A DNA stretch of 64,000 nucleotides from a virus. The DNA lies in IMG/VR virus record IMGVR_UViG_3300033475_000015, one strand, 5' to 3'. The notes under the pieces were generated by a model. The model had not been told where the DNA came from. It saw nothing but the letters and a program-made list of their open reading frames with translations, and searched no databases. Positions 62,315-64,000 of the stretch are shown here, one piece after another; position 1 is the first letter of the stretch; each line of letters begins with the position of its first letter. A program made the translations under genes and the position numbers.

Positions 62315-64000
62315 CACACTGGTCGGGGGCGTCGAGCTGCCCGACCTGCCGCCGGGCACCCCGGTGGCGTTCGACACCGAGACGTGCGGGCTGTACGTCG
62401 ACGGAGACCCCAGCGGGGAGACCGGGGACTCGGGAGCTCCGCCCGCCCGCGTCAGTGCGGCGTCCATCGCTTACCGCGACCCCGAAACCGGTGTCCTGGT
62501 CAAGCATGCTTGGGGATTCGACCAGGGCCCGCACCCGGACAAGCAGGGCCGGGCGCTGCGGCCCAGCGAGGGCGGCGGGTTCGAGACCCTCGACGTCGAC
62601 AAGATGCTGTTGAACCTGGCCAAGGCCAAATTCAACAGGGGCACCAAACCCAGGATCTCGCCCAAGACCGGTCGAGAGCTCAAGACCCGGGACCCGATCC
62701 CGTACACCTGGCAGGAGTGCTACGAGGCCATCGGCCTGCAGCACTGGGTCAACCTGCTGAAATGGCTGCGTGACCGGGACCTGATCGTCAACCAGAATTT
62801 GAAGTTCGACATGCTGACCACTCACGCCGGAATGCGCGAGGAGCTGGTCCGTCGGGAGATCGACAGCAACCCATCCGTGTGGGACGCGTTCCGGCCGGGT
62901 GCGGCCAGCCTGGTCCTGAGCCACCTTCGCCACGGTAAGACCGCCGCGCAGTTCTTCGCCTGCGACCTGGACTACCTGTCCGACGGCGCCACACTGCGCC
63001 CGGTCCGGGGATTCTGGGACACCATGTTGGTCCAGGCGATGTTCGAGCCCCTGAAATCGGTGGCCCTGAAACCGACGGCCAAGCGGCTGTTCGGAGTCGA
63101 CGCCGACCAGGCCCAGCAGGACCTTAAGGCCGCGATGTCCAAGCAGGGCAAGGGCCTGACCAAGCGGTACGACCTGGTCCCCTGGTTCATCATGGAGCCC
63201 TACGCCGCCGACGACGCCGAACTTGCGCTGCTGGTCTACGAGTACCAGCAGCAGTGCATCGCCGAGGGAGACCACCCCGAGAACCTCGACTACCACCTGG
63301 ACCTTGAGTTCGAGCTGATGCGGACCCTGTACCGCATGGAGCGCCGGGGCGTGCCGTACGACGTGACGGGGTCACGCCGTGGGGCGGACAGACTCCGGGC
63401 CCGGATGGCCGAGGTCCGCAAGACCCTGCCCTTCGACCCGTCCAAGACCGACGAGGCCAAGGCCTACTACTTCGGCCCGAAGCCCGACGGGCTGGCCCTG
63501 GCCCCCCTGAAGGTCACCGAGGTACGCAAGGACCCGTGCCTGGACGAGTCCCAGCTCCGGGTCTGGATGGAGCAGTCCGTTCCGCCGCCGCACGTCGAGG
63601 CATATGACGAGTGGTCCCACTGCAACTCGGCCCTGGGCAAGTGGTACCGGGGCTGGGCCGAGCGCACCGGACCGGACGGCAAGCTCCGGTGCGTATTCCG
63701 CCAGTGCGCCCAGGACGAGGGCAAGGCGGGGGGGAGGGGTGGTGGAACGATCAGCGGACGGCTGGCCGTGTCCCGTGTCCAGCTGCAGGCGATTCCGCAC
63801 AACAACCAGCTGCCCAAGCAGGTCGAGGATCTTCCCATCCGTGCCCTGATCGGCGATGAGGACGACTTCGAGCTGTGGGAGATGGACCTGCCGCAGGGCG
63901 AGGTCCGGATCGCCACAGCCATCGCCAACTGCTCCGGCATGTGGGACGCGATCGAGCGGGGCGACGACCTGCACGGTGCCAACGCCAAGCGCGTCTGGGA
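62307..64000 (+). CDS. polA: Family A DNA polymerase, partial (runs off right edge, so absent from ORF track)
   Basis: Exo I AFDTET, Exo II NLKFDM, Exo III YAADDA, GRLAVSRVQLQAIP, motif A DLPQGEVR. Confidence 0.9.
   Translation, partial: MSSTLVGGVELPDLPPGTPVAFDTETCGLYVDGDPSGETGDSGAPPARVSAASIAYRDPETGVLVKHAWGFDQGPHPDKQGRALRPSEGGGFETLDVDKMLLNLAKAKFNRGTKPRISPKTGRELKTRDPIPYTWQECYEAIGLQHWVNLLKWLRDRDLIVNQNLKFDMLTTHAGMREELVRREIDSNPSVWDAFRPGAASLVLSHLRHGKTAAQFFACDLDYLSDGATLRPVRGFWDTMLVQAMFEPLKSVALKPTAKRLFGVDADQAQQDLKAAMSKQGKGLTKRYDLVPWFIMEPYAADDAELALLVYEYQQQCIAEGDHPENLDYHLDLEFELMRTLYRMERRGVPYDVTGSRRGADRLRARMAEVRKTLPFDPSKTDEAKAYYFGPKPDGLALAPLKVTEVRKDPCLDESQLRVWMEQSVPPPHVEAYDEWSHCNSALGKWYRGWAERTGPDGKLRCVFRQCAQDEGKAGGRGGGTISGRLAVSRVQLQAIPHNNQLPKQVEDLPIRALIGDEDDFELWEMDLPQGEVRIATAIANCSGMWDAIERGDDLHGANAKRVW

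Noticed and set aside
62262-64000. Gene-free or pseudogene right end
   Set aside because: An uninterrupted PolA frame from 62307 runs off the window, so the ORF track missed it
1-64000. Integrase/attP, reverse transcriptase (DGR or retron), transposase, RtcB ligase
   Set aside because: No diagnostic motifs found in any frame by eye; they could lie outside the window

Overview
The window is a 64-kb segment of a high-GC tailed actinobacteriophage (siphovirus-type) genome. It is cut at both edges, and I saw no host housekeeping genes, integrase or CRISPR array. Order: leftward small genes; a structured-RNA/tRNA locus (initiator-like tRNA-CAT, a tRNA-like RNA with an elongated anticodon arm, tRNA-Ile UAU); an ECF-type sigma factor; small genes; terminase; a ~7-kb leftward block of small-gene cassettes between terL and portal; head genes; tail genes; a leftward sugar-epimerase/glycosyltransferase cassette; lysis genes; recombination/replication genes (PD-(D/E)xK nuclease, AAA ATPase, SSB-like, prim-pol/helicase, putative origin); a Ro60/TROVE gene preceded by four Y-RNA-like genes; a DinG helicase; regulators; and a partial PolA. 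Strongest leads: (1) a Ro60 plus four-Y-RNA locus whose RNAs carry anticodon-like loops and circularly permuted tRNA modules, one with a G3-U70 alanine acceptor; (2) a G-rich polar motif GGGGCGGGGGTGGTGT, ~31 copies on + and ~5 on -, independent of transcription direction; (3) a second GGGAAAA -1 frameshift in the head module that would fuse a 700-aa basic protein to GNAT and zincin domains; (4) tRNA-Ile(UAU) next to a sigma gene in which 3 of 6 Ile codons are ATA; (5) a repeated promoter class with a TTGAC-N5-GTCAA operator and a non-canonical -10. All calls come from reading the sequence by eye; no database searches or folding programs were run.
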